Assembly: GCA_025361585.1 (NCBI GenBank) | Contig: JANYKK010000161.1 | Span: 1 to 51,232 of the forward strand | DNA from: Methylobacter sp. | GTDB taxonomy: Bacteria > Pseudomonadota > Gammaproteobacteria > Methylococcales > Methylomonadaceae | Length of the DNA: 51,232 nt | Reading direction: 5' to 3' | Part shown: in pieces, positions 30,317 to 40,891 of the stretch | Numbering within the stretch: position 1 is the stretch's first letter | Layout of the letters: each line of letters opens with the position of its first letter | Program-made: the position numbers and the translations under genes | The notes under the pieces: generated by a model | Seen by the model: the letters and a program-made list of their open reading frames with translations, nothing else | The model's database searches: none | Told to the model about the DNA's origin: nothing

Positions 30317-31366
30317 ATGCTGGAAATTTTACGCCGATATAGCTTCATAACGCTGTTATTGATGTTGAGTTTTGTCGTTTTTGTCGGCGCGTCTCCCTTG
30401 GAAGCCGCAGTGGATCAAGCCAAAACAGCCCAGTTATCGAATGAAAATGCTGCGACTCAAGAAAGTGTTATCTCCAAGTGGTGGAAATTATTATTGGATT
30501 TGCCGCTGTTTGCGGGATCGAACAAGCAGGCCGATGATGCTTATGCTCCCAGTTTTAACGCGGAAAATAAATCTAAAGCGATCAAATACGTGGTCGGCAT
30601 CCATCCCTTGCATAATCCTAAAAAGCTGTTTGAGGTTTACGGCCCTATCGTCGATTTCCTTAATGCAAACATGCCTGAAGCAGATTTTGTCCTGGAAGCA
30701 TCGCGCAATTATGAGGAATTTAACAAAAAGCTTTACGGCGGACACTTCGATTTCGCGATGCCCAATCCTTATCAAACCGTCAACTCGCTTAAACATGGCT
30801 ATCGGGTGTTCGGTAAAATGGGTGACGACAATGATTTTATCGGCATTATTCTGGTGCGTCGCGACAGCGGCATTAATACCATCGCCGACCTCAAGGGTAA
30901 AGCCGTATCTTATCCTTCGTCATCTGCGGTGGCTGCATGCATGATGCCCCAGTATTATCTACAGACTCACGGCATTGATGTTAATCACGACATTGAAAAC
31001 CGCTATGTCGGTTCGCAGGAGTCTTCTATCATCAACGTATTGCGGGGACATGTCGCAGCCGGAGTAACTTGGCCGGTACCCTGGAAAATATTCAGTACGG
31101 AGAATCCCCAGTTGGCCAGCCAGCTCGAAATCAAGTGGCAGACCGAGCCACTGCAAAACAACGGGTGGGTGGTGCGTAAAGATGTGCCGACCGAGGTGAC
31201 ACAGAAATTTTCTACGCTGTTGTTTAATCTTGATCAGCATCAGCAAGGCCGGGAAATGCTGGCGCGAGTTTCAATTAGCCGTTTTGAACCGGCTAATGAC
31301 GATACTTATGAACCGACGAAGGCATTTATTGCGGCCTTTATCAAAACAGTACGGCCCTTAGAGTAA
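30317..31366 (+). CDS. PhnD/phosphate-phosphonate-type periplasmic solute-binding protein
   Basis: Signal-like N-terminus, DFAMPNPY, ILVRRDSGI..IADLKGK. No adjacent permease or ATPase. Confidence 0.8.
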   Translation: MLEILRRYSFITLLLMLSFVVFVGASPLEAAVDQAKTAQLSNENAATQESVISKWWKLLLDLPLFAGSNKQADDAYAPSFNAENKSKAIKYVVGIHPLHNPKKLFEVYGPIVDFLNANMPEADFVLEASRNYEEFNKKLYGGHFDFAMPNPYQTVNSLKHGYRVFGKMGDDNDFIGIILVRRDSGINTIADLKGKAVSYPSSSAVAACMMPQYYLQTHGIDVNHDIENRYVGSQESSIINVLRGHVAAGVTWPVPWKIFSTENPQLASQLEIKWQTEPLQNNGWVVRKDVPTEVTQKFSTLLFNLDQHQQGREMLARVSISRFEPANDDTYEPTKAFIAAFIKTVRPLE

Positions 31367-34300
31367 ATGAATCATAATTGTAGCAAAGCGAAGCGTGCTT
31401 TTTTTAGCGGTTCCATTCGGCGCCAATTAGCGTGGTCATTTGGCGGCGTTGCGCTGATCATGATGATAGCTCTGGCCGGCATGTTATTCGAGCGGCAGCG
31501 TAATTTTCTTTATAGCGCCGCGATGAAGCAGGGTCAATCGCTGGCCACGTCACTCGCCAGCAGCAGCACATCATGGGTATTGGCCAACGATATTGCAGGA
31601 TTAAGGGAAGTGTTGCAGGGGTTTGTCGACCTGCCCGATTTGGAGCGAGCCTATATCTTATCGTTGCGCGGCGAAGTGCTCAGTTCCACAAGGGCAAACG
31701 AAGCAGGGCTGTTTGTTACCGATGAACAAAATCAAAAATTGTTGAGCGCCCCGCCAAAAACGCAAGTGCTGCTTGCCAATACCCGTCAAATTGAAATCGC
31801 CGCACCGGTGATGGCAGGGCAGCGTCATGTAGGATGGGCGCGGGTGGAAATGACCATGAACGGGGTCAATACCAATCTTCGTTCGGTCATAGTCATGGGT
31901 ATCTATTTTATAGCATTTGCAGCGTTGACCCTCTTGATTGCTGCAATGCTGCTGGCGCGAACACTCACCAGAAGATTGCGCCACCTGATGCAGGTAGCCG
32001 CTGAAGTCGAAGGAGGAAATCTCGAGGTGCGGGCGCAGATTTCCGGCAATGATGAAGTCGGCATACTGGCGCACGGGTTTAATCAAATGTTGGATGTGCT
32101 ATCCAATTCGGAACGGCAGAGGGAGCGCATCAACAACTTGTATGCGGCATGGACCCGGAGCGCCGACGTTATTGTGCGCGAACCGGACGAGGTTAAGCTG
32201 CTGACCGAGGTCTGTCGGATCATAGCCAGTCATGTTGCCTTTAAGCTGGTCTGGGTGGGCATGACTGAGCCGGATGGCTGGGTGCGGACGGTTGCGGCCA
32301 GTCATCCAGATTCTAGCTATCTTAGGAATATCAAAGTCTCGGCAGATGAGGCGTTACCGGAAGGGCGCGGTCCGGTGGGGAGTGCTATCCGGGATGGTGT
32401 GCCAAGAATTTTCAACAACTTTCTTGAGGAGCCCAGTACGCTGCCCTGGCAACCGATGGCAGCTACGGAAAACATTAACGCGGCGGCGGCATTTCCGCTG
32501 ATGCGCGGCGGACGCTGCGTTGGGGCTATTGCCGTTTATTCGGATGAACAAGGCTACTTTACACCCGACCTGATTGATTTGATGCGCGGACTGACGGACG
32601 ATCTTTCCTATGCGCTTGAACACAACGACCGTGAGAAGCTGCGGCTCAAGGCCGAGCATGAGCTGCGCATTGCGGCGGCGGCGTTTGAATCCCAGGAAGG
32701 CATTATCGTCACCGATGCCGACAATAAAATCCTGCGCGTCAACAAGTCGTTTACCGAACTCACCGGCTACAGCATGGATGAGGTTATCGGCAAACCCGCA
32801 GGCATACTTAGATCCGGCCGCCAAGACCGTGCGTTTTATACCGCGATGTGGGAATGCATCAAGCGCAACAAATACTGGCAAGGCGAAATATGGAATAAGA
32901 AGAAAAACGGCGTTATTTATCCTGAATGGCTGTGCATTACCGCCATTACCGACCCCGAAGGCCTGATTACCAACTATGTCGGTACCTTCACCGACATCAG
33001 TCAGCGCAAGGCCGATGAAGAGCGGATCAGGGATCTGGCCTACTACGATTCCCTGACCAAATTGCCTAACCGCACCTTGCTGTTCGACCGGCTCAACCTA
33101 GCGCTCAGCGCCAGCAATCGCAACAAGACGCACGGCGCGTTAATGTTCCTCGACCTGGATAATTTCAAAACGCTTAACGATACGCTGGGACATGATCGGG
33201 GCGATCAATTGCTGATCGAAGTGGGGCAGCGCCTGCAAAACTGTGTGCGGGAAGTGGATACCGTAGCCCGGCTTGGCGGGGATGAGTTTGTGGTCATGCT
33301 GGAGTGTCTTGATGAACAGGAGATTGAGGCAGCCATCCAGACCCACGCCATTGCCGAAAAAATCCGCAGTAATTTGGCTGAATTCTACCTGTTGAAAAGC
33401 AATGTCAATCACGCCGGTTCGCTGCCGACTGCGATACTTCTTGCCCCCATGGATGGGGAAAATGCCAACAATACGTTACAGCCTTTAGTCGAACACTATT
33501 CCACAGGTAGCATCGGCTTTGTGCTGTTTCTCGGCCACCAAACCAGCAGCGAAGAGCTGCTCAAACGCGCCGATCTGGCCATGTATCAGGCCAAGAAAGC
33601 CGGGCGAAATGTGATCCGTGCTTTTGTCCCCGAAATGCAGGAAACTTTAAATTTGCGAACCTCTTTGGAAGCCGACTTGCGCAGTGCGCTGGATCGCAAC
33701 GAATTGAGTTTGCATTATCAGGTACAGGTTGAGTCATCAGGACAACCGGTCGGCGCGGAGGCGCTAGTGCGCTGGAATCAGGTCGAGCGCGGCATGATTT
33801 CTCCGGCCGAATTTATTCCGCTGGCCGAAGAAACGGGTCTGATTCTGCCTATCGGGCATTGGATATTGAGGCAAGGCTGCGAAACCTTGGCTGACTGGAC
33901 AAACTACCCTGAAACCCGCGAGTTGAAATTGGCGGTTAATATCAGCTCTCGGCAGCTTAGTCAGGCCGATTTTGTTGAGCAGGTGCGTGCTATTTTGGCG
34001 GAAACCGGCGCCAATCCCGCGCTGCTAAAATTGGAAATTACCGAGTCGGTAATCCTGGATAATGTTGAAGAGACTATTGCCAAAATGCATGCGGTCAGGG
34101 AGTTGGGGGTTAATTTTTCAATGGATGATTTCGGTACCGGTTATTCCTCTCTGTCTTATCTGCAAAAATTGCCCTTGGAGCAGCTGAAAATAGACCAATC
34201 ATTCGTCAGGAATATGGCTTTTAATAACCACGACTCAGCCATCATTCGAACCATTTTGGCGCTGGGAAAAAATCTGGATCTTAACGTGATTGCCGAAGGC

Positions 34301-34444
34301 GTGGAAACCGAGGTTCAGCGCGAGCATCTGGCAAATTACGGATGCCGGGTGTTCCAAGGATATTTGTTCGGTAGGCCGGTTTCTGCGGAACAATTCAAAC
34401 AGAGTCTGTTGGCGGGACAGATCGAAAAATCGTCATTACTTTAA
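31367..34444 (+). CDS. Membrane diguanylate cyclase/phosphodiesterase (TM-periplasmic-TM-HAMP-GAF-PAS-GGDEF-EAL)
   Basis: YYDSLTKLPNR, DLDNFK, REVD I-site, RLGGDEF, EALVRW, DDFGTGYSS, AEGVET. Confidence 0.95.
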   Translation: MNHNCSKAKRAFFSGSIRRQLAWSFGGVALIMMIALAGMLFERQRNFLYSAAMKQGQSLATSLASSSTSWVLANDIAGLREVLQGFVDLPDLERAYILSLRGEVLSSTRANEAGLFVTDEQNQKLLSAPPKTQVLLANTRQIEIAAPVMAGQRHVGWARVEMTMNGVNTNLRSVIVMGIYFIAFAALTLLIAAMLLARTLTRRLRHLMQVAAEVEGGNLEVRAQISGNDEVGILAHGFNQMLDVLSNSERQRERINNLYAAWTRSADVIVREPDEVKLLTEVCRIIASHVAFKLVWVGMTEPDGWVRTVAASHPDSSYLRNIKVSADEALPEGRGPVGSAIRDGVPRIFNNFLEEPSTLPWQPMAATENINAAAAFPLMRGGRCVGAIAVYSDEQGYFTPDLIDLMRGLTDDLSYALEHNDREKLRLKAEHELRIAAAAFESQEGIIVTDADNKILRVNKSFTELTGYSMDEVIGKPAGILRSGRQDRAFYTAMWECIKRNKYWQGEIWNKKKNGVIYPEWLCITAITDPEGLITNYVGTFTDISQRKADEERIRDLAYYDSLTKLPNRTLLFDRLNLALSASNRNKTHGALMFLDLDNFKTLNDTLGHDRGDQLLIEVGQRLQNCVREVDTVARLGGDEFVVMLECLDEQEIEAAIQTHAIAEKIRSNLAEFYLLKSNVNHAGSLPTAILLAPMDGENANNTLQPLVEHYSTGSIGFVLFLGHQTSSEELLKRADLAMYQAKKAGRNVIRAFVPEMQETLNLRTSLEADLRSALDRNELSLHYQVQVESSGQPVGAEALVRWNQVERGMISPAEFIPLAEETGLILPIGHWILRQGCETLADWTNYPETRELKLAVNISSRQLSQADFVEQVRAILAETGANPALLKLEITESVILDNVEETIAKMHAVRELGVNFSMDDFGTGYSSLSYLQKLPLEQLKIDQSFVRNMAFNNHDSAIIRTILALGKNLDLNVIAEGVETEVQREHLANYGCRVFQGYLFGRPVSAEQFKQSLLAGQIEKSSLL
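33410..33470. repeat. Degenerate composite NGGA repeat in frame in the GGDEF domain (HAGSLPTAILLAPMDGENA)
   Basis: cggttcgctgccgactgcgatacttc|ttgcccccATGGAtggggaaaatgcc, the same junction as the ftsQ nested pair. Confidence 0.78.
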
Positions 34445-34448
34445 TTTT

Positions 34449-34474
34449 GTAGGGGCGACTTTAGTCGCCCCTAC
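34449..34474. repeat. GTAG-type REP palindrome, intergenic
   Basis: gtaggggcgact-tt-agtcgcccctac, 4 nt after the EAL gene stop; same arms as the murE copy. Confidence 0.9.
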
Positions 34475-34484
34475 GGGGCCATCT

Positions 34485-35636
34485 ATGCAGTCATCCTCCA
34501 TCCAGCACAAGGAAAACGTTACCGTACCAGCCAAGATCCTGCTTTTTGCTCTGTTGCTGGTTATTCAGTCCATCGTTTACGCAGGCAACACCGATTCTCC
34601 CTACTTTAAAGGCGGCAAAATTGACGCTTTCTATGACCGTAAGGATAACGGCGATTTTCAGGTCAATAGCATTTTGTGGACTCCGGTTTTTAAAGGTGGT
34701 CACGGCGTGCAGATTTCTGAAACAGGCGGGCAGGACATTAACTACTTCGGCGGTTTTGCGCGCCCTTTGCTGACTCGCCCCGAACTTGGCGATTTAATTC
34801 TGGGCGCTCAGGAAATCCTGCAAGGCGATAGCAAGCAAACCGAGGTGCAGGGCGAATACCGCTTGCCGTCCGGCTTAGGGTTTGGCGGCGGATTTGTAGA
34901 TAGAAGCCTCAGCAACCAGGATATTAAATTCGCCAAAATGTCCTACAGGAACGAATGGCAATCTGTTAAATACATCGTGTCCACGCAATGGCAAAGCTTT
35001 CAAGGAAAAGATTATCCCGGTGGCTATTTTGCTTTGTACAACAAGCAATTGATGGCGAGCTGGGGCAGCGATGGCGAACAATGGCGCAGCACCGTGGCCT
35101 ATGTCGCGCCCGATCAAGGGGCAAACGAACTGCGTCCGGCCATTGAAATGTTTTATGTCGACAACGCGATCGGCCAAGTCAACGGCTCCAAAGACATGAT
35201 GGTGACCGGCAGTCTGGGTTTTCGCAAAGGCTTCTTAGGGCATGAAGCCCGGTTGGGCCGCGCCATGGGGCCGACCGGCGTGGAGTTTTCCAATCCGCTA
35301 GGTTATTTAAACCCCAATTTCAATCGTCGTCTTACCGCATGGGAAGTCGGCGAGTTTATCAATTTTCGTTTTATTCACTCAGCCCTGCCTAATTCCGGCC
35401 GCCAAGAAACGCTGGAAACTGCTATATATCCCGGTCAATTACTGAGAACGGGTAGCTTGATCGACGCCCTGTTTGTCGGCGTCGGCGTTACCAGTCCGAA
35501 TCCGGGGCAGCACGGCGTCAGTGGGCTGCTGGGTTATCATAAGCGCATTGAGAACATTGAATCGAGCTTTAGGGTGCAACACGATTTCGACCGAGACGAC
35601 ACCTCGATTTTTTTCAGCTTGATACATTGGCTGTGA
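34485..35636 (+). CDS. Hypothetical secreted protein, possible outer-membrane beta-barrel
   Basis: Signal-peptide-like KILLFALLLVIQSIVYA, Gly/aromatic-rich alternating segments, C-terminus SIFFSLIHWL. Start is uncertain. Confidence 0.7.
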   Translation: MQSSSIQHKENVTVPAKILLFALLLVIQSIVYAGNTDSPYFKGGKIDAFYDRKDNGDFQVNSILWTPVFKGGHGVQISETGGQDINYFGGFARPLLTRPELGDLILGAQEILQGDSKQTEVQGEYRLPSGLGFGGGFVDRSLSNQDIKFAKMSYRNEWQSVKYIVSTQWQSFQGKDYPGGYFALYNKQLMASWGSDGEQWRSTVAYVAPDQGANELRPAIEMFYVDNAIGQVNGSKDMMVTGSLGFRKGFLGHEARLGRAMGPTGVEFSNPLGYLNPNFNRRLTAWEVGEFINFRFIHSALPNSGRQETLETAIYPGQLLRTGSLIDALFVGVGVTSPNPGQHGVSGLLGYHKRIENIESSFRVQHDFDRDDTSIFFSLIHWL

Positions 35637-35659
35637 TTTATATAGAGTATCTAGCCAAA

Positions 35660-35680
35660 CAGGGTGCGCAATCGCGCACC
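35660..35680. repeat. Short REP-like hairpin between convergent genes
   Basis: ggtgcgc-aatc-gcgcacc. Confidence 0.55.
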
Positions 35681-35687
35681 AATTGCT

Positions 35688-35885
35688 TTATTTCAACGAC
35701 AGTGTTTCAGCTCGGCCTACCATCTCGATGGATAGCTTGTCTTCCTTGCTCAGCCAGCCGATGGCGCGTTGCACATCGTTTTTATTGATGCCGGTTTCGG
35801 TAGTAACTTTATTGACGCTGGAAGGCCCGTTCTTGTCCAGATAGTTCCAGACTATTCCTGCTGCATCGCCGATTGTATTAGACAT
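35688..35885 (-). CDS. Small winged helix-turn-helix protein (DUF2582-like)
   Basis: IGDAAGIVWNYL...AIGWLSKEDKL signature. Confidence 0.8.
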   Translation of the reverse strand: MSNTIGDAAGIVWNYLDKNGPSSVNKVTTETGINKNDVQRAIGWLSKEDKLSIEMVGRAETLSLK

Positions 35886-35896
35886 AGTGATCACCT

Positions 35897-36166
35897 TTAG
35901 TTTGGATGTTTGGGTTGATGGTCAGGCAGCACGATATTGAGTTCCAGTGTTTCCTGAGTGTCGTTTTGTTCAAAATTAACGGATATGGCATCTTGCTCAA
36001 CGTTAATGTATTTTCGAATGACTTCCAACAATTCTTTTTGCAATTGGGGCAGGTAGGACGGCTGGTTTCTGGAGCTGCGCTCGTGAGCGACCAGAATTTG
36101 CAGCCGTTCCTTGGCCAGTGATGCGGAGCTGGCTTTAGATGTTTTAAAATAATCCAGTAAACTCAT
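35897..36166 (-). CDS. minE: Cell division topological specificity factor
   Basis: SASLAKERLQILVAHER, LELNIVLP. Confidence 0.97.
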   Translation of the reverse strand: MSLLDYFKTSKASSASLAKERLQILVAHERSSRNQPSYLPQLQKELLEVIRKYINVEQDAISVNFEQNDTQETLELNIVLPDHQPKHPN

Positions 36167-36975
36167 TATTTTCTCCCGAACAACTTCCCAAACAAGCCTT
36201 GTTTATCATCAATGAATCGATGGGGCCTGTTTTCACCCAAATAGCGGGCAACAATATCCGCATAGGCTTGGCCTGCGTCGCTTTTCTCGTCAAGGATAAC
36301 GGGCATGCCGGAGTTTGACGCATTGAGCACCGATTTTGATTCCGGAATTACACCCAGCAAATGTAGCGATAAAATTTCCTGCACATCATCCACGCTGAGC
36401 ATCTCGCCTAATTTCACCCGATCCGGCGAGTAGCGTGACAACAACAGGTATTCCTTGATGGGCTCTTCGTTTTGTTCGGCCCGGCGCGATTTGCTGGATA
36501 AAATGCCTAGCATGCGATCAGAGTCCCGCACTGAAGAGACTTCAGGGTTGGTCACGATAAACGCATCGTCGGCAAAGTACATGGCCAAGTGTGCGCCTTT
36601 TTCAATGCCGGCCGGAGAATCGCAGACGATGTATTTAAAGTCTTTTTTCAGTTCGTCCAAAATCTTGCCGACACCTTCCTGGCTCAGGGCGTCTTTATCG
36701 CGAGTTTGCGAGGCAGGCAGAATGTACAGCTGATTGCAGTTTTTATCGCGTATCAGCGCCTGGTTAAGGGTAGCTTCGCCGTTGATGACATTGACGAAGT
36801 CATAAACGACGCGGCGCTCGCAACCCATGATTAGATCCAGATTGCGCAAGCCCACATCAAAATCGATGACTGCTGTTTTGTGGCCTCTCTTTGCAAGCCC
36901 CATGGCGATGGCGGCGCTTGTGGTTGTTTTACCAACGCCACCTTTACCTGATGTTACGACTATGATTCGTGCCAC
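36166..36975 (-). CDS. minD: Septum site-determining ATPase
   Basis: TSGKGGVGKTT, DVGLRNLD, DSPAGIE, C-terminal GLFGKLFG; GTG start at 36975. Confidence 0.98.
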   Translation of the reverse strand: MARIIVVTSGKGGVGKTTTSAAIAMGLAKRGHKTAVIDFDVGLRNLDLIMGCERRVVYDFVNVINGEATLNQALIRDKNCNQLYILPASQTRDKDALSQEGVGKILDELKKDFKYIVCDSPAGIEKGAHLAMYFADDAFIVTNPEVSSVRDSDRMLGILSSKSRRAEQNEEPIKEYLLLSRYSPDRVKLGEMLSVDDVQEILSLHLLGVIPESKSVLNASNSGMPVILDEKSDAGQAYADIVARYLGENRPHRFIDDKQGLFGKLFGRK

Positions 36976-37001
36976 AAATGATTCCTCCAAAAAGCGCTAA
37001 A

Positions 37002-37805
37002 TTAAATATCTTTAATAACTAAAGCATGGTTTTGTAAATAGATCTGAACGGGCCGGATATGAGCGGCGCTATTCAAATCCTCGCTGACTTTGTAATTTCC
37101 GGCAATCGAAATCAGCTCGGCCTGTAAATCGGTACAAAAAATACGTGCTTCGGTGTTGCCTTGCACACCTGCCAGCGCCCTGCCTCTTAGCGGGCCATAG
37201 ATATGAATATTGCCTTCGGCCATAATTTCAGCCCCGGCACTGACCTGAGCGACAATGATCAAATCACCCGCAGCATAAATGCGCTGACCTGAGCGGACGG
37301 GGAGGGTGATTATGGTGGTGTTTACAGTAACGGCTGGTGGTTCGGGTTCAGATACTTGTTCAAGTTCTGGCTCAGGTTCAGGTTCAGGGGCTTGCTGTTT
37401 TGGCGTTGCCGCAGTGCTCGCCGCACCAGTTCCCGGCTGGTTTGCGGCATACACACCATCCCTGGCGATATGGCCGGAATGTATAGGGATGCCAAGATCC
37501 AAAGCTTGTCGGTTTTGTTGTGCGCTGCCGCCGCGTATCCCTATCGGCAATAAGCCCAGCTTGCGAATGACATGGGTAAGCTCGGTAACATCAATGCCAA
37601 GTTCGAGTTTGTTCAGTTCCTGCAAATCAAACACCAGCGGCGAATTTTTGAAGAACTCAGGTGCTTGCTGGGTTTTTTCTTGCAATTGCTGCTCGATAGT
37701 CATGACATCATTACCGGCTAAAATTAAAACAGGCACGGAAAACGTGCTGCTTTTAAATTCCAGTATCGGCGATTGATGAGCGTTCTGTTGAGAGTCTGTT
37801 GACAT
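37002..37805 (-). CDS. minC: Septum site-determining protein MinC
   Basis: QAPEFFKN, VRSGQRIYA, GNIHIYGPLRGRALAG; long linker with a PE repeat. Confidence 0.96.
   Translation of the reverse strand: MSTDSQQNAHQSPILEFKSSTFSVPVLILAGNDVMTIEQQLQEKTQQAPEFFKNSPLVFDLQELNKLELGIDVTELTHVIRKLGLLPIGIRGGSAQQNRQALDLGIPIHSGHIARDGVYAANQPGTGAASTAATPKQQAPEPEPEPELEQVSEPEPPAVTVNTTIITLPVRSGQRIYAAGDLIIVAQVSAGAEIMAEGNIHIYGPLRGRALAGVQGNTEARIFCTDLQAELISIAGNYKVSEDLNSAAHIRPVQIYLQNHALVIKDI
37420..37469 (-). repeat. NGGA repeat in frame in the MinC linker (IARDGVYAANQPGTGAA)
   Basis: Minus strand atcgccAGGGAtggtgtgtatgccgcaaaccagcCGGGAactggtgcggc. Confidence 0.88.
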
Positions 37806-38116
37806 CCGTTAAGTTTGGTTAGTCGGGAATGATATTGATTTTAACATTGCTAGCAAAAAAAATCATTTTTACACGGCGGATATATAGATTTTTGGGTGGA
37901 TTCTGAGGGGTTTTTGAGATGAGCGCTAGCCCAAGAGTGTCGAATTTTGGGTAATTCATGATGGCAGGCGACGGAGTGATGCTGATTTTAAATAAGGCCG
38001 TATTAAGGTGACTTTGTTGCCAAACCATATGTTTTATAAGGTGTTTACGGTATCTATGATGCGGTTCGAGCTTGCAATCTGTGGCATTATCCTTTAACGT
38101 AGCGATACATCCGTAA

Positions 38117-40138
<2,022 letters not shown>

Positions 40139-40169
40139 GCCGCACTTAATAGCTTCAACTTAAGGTCTA

Positions 40170-40238
40170 TCACCACGAAGGCACGAAGGACACGAAGTTT
40201 ATGTTTTTTTCTTCGTGCCCTTCGTGCCTTCGTGGTGA
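40170..40238. repeat. CACGAAG-unit long inverted repeat after thiC
   Basis: tcaccacgaaggcacgaaggacacgaag ... cttcgtgcccttcgtgccttcgtggtga; sister copy at 44897. Confidence 0.9.
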
Positions 40239-40301
40239 ATTAACCTGCTTGCATCAGTATGAGGGACGCATTGAGCACCCTTTTAAAATAAGGCGAAAAC
40301 A

Positions 40302-40745
40302 ATGGGCGCTTATCAACATATTTTACTGGCTGTGGATTATTCCGAGCACGGCAACCAAGTTGCCCAAAGAGCAAAGAATCTGGCCGAAAAATATCAGGCT
40401 AAGTTGAGTGTTATCCATGTGCTGGATAATATTCCAATGCCGGATACCGGATATGGAACGGTGATTCCGCTGGATAAAGACTCAGGCTATGAGTTGCTTG
40501 AGGCCGAGAAAGCGAAATTCAAGCTGATTGCTGACCAGTTGGGCGCTGCTCAGGCTAATCGTTGGATGGTCTGGGGTGCGCCAAAACAGGAGATTGTTCG
40601 GCTTGCTGAGCGTGAGCACGTGGATTTGATCGTAGTCGGTTCCCATGGGCGCCATGGTTTGTCGCTGTTGCTGGGTTCAACGGCAAATAGCGTCCTGCAT
40701 TATGCCGGATGCGATGTGATGGCGATTCGACTGCTGAATGATTAG
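40302..40745 (+). CDS. Universal stress protein (UspA family)
   Basis: YQHILLAVD, DLIVVGSHGRHG, LLGSTANSVL. Confidence 0.95.
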   Translation: MGAYQHILLAVDYSEHGNQVAQRAKNLAEKYQAKLSVIHVLDNIPMPDTGYGTVIPLDKDSGYELLEAEKAKFKLIADQLGAAQANRWMVWGAPKQEIVRLAEREHVDLIVVGSHGRHGLSLLLGSTANSVLHYAGCDVMAIRLLND

Positions 40746-40891
40746 CTTTTTAGATGCTATAATTTTTGGAAGGGAAAAGTTATTTAGGAATCTTTCGAAC
40801 GGATCGAATTTACCAAGAGTGCAAGAGCATAGCGTTACCCAGCGTCTGAAAGTGCTCCAAATACTTTAGAAATATTACCAAGGAATGCAGC

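Noticed and set aside
34290-34484. ORF-track N-terminal extension of the hypothetical protein
   Set aside because: Overlaps the EAL domain and reads through the REP palindrome. A signal-peptide start near 34485 is more plausible.
37338-37390. ggttca hexamer repeats in minC
   Set aside because: An ordinary Pro-Glu low-complexity linker, not a separate element.
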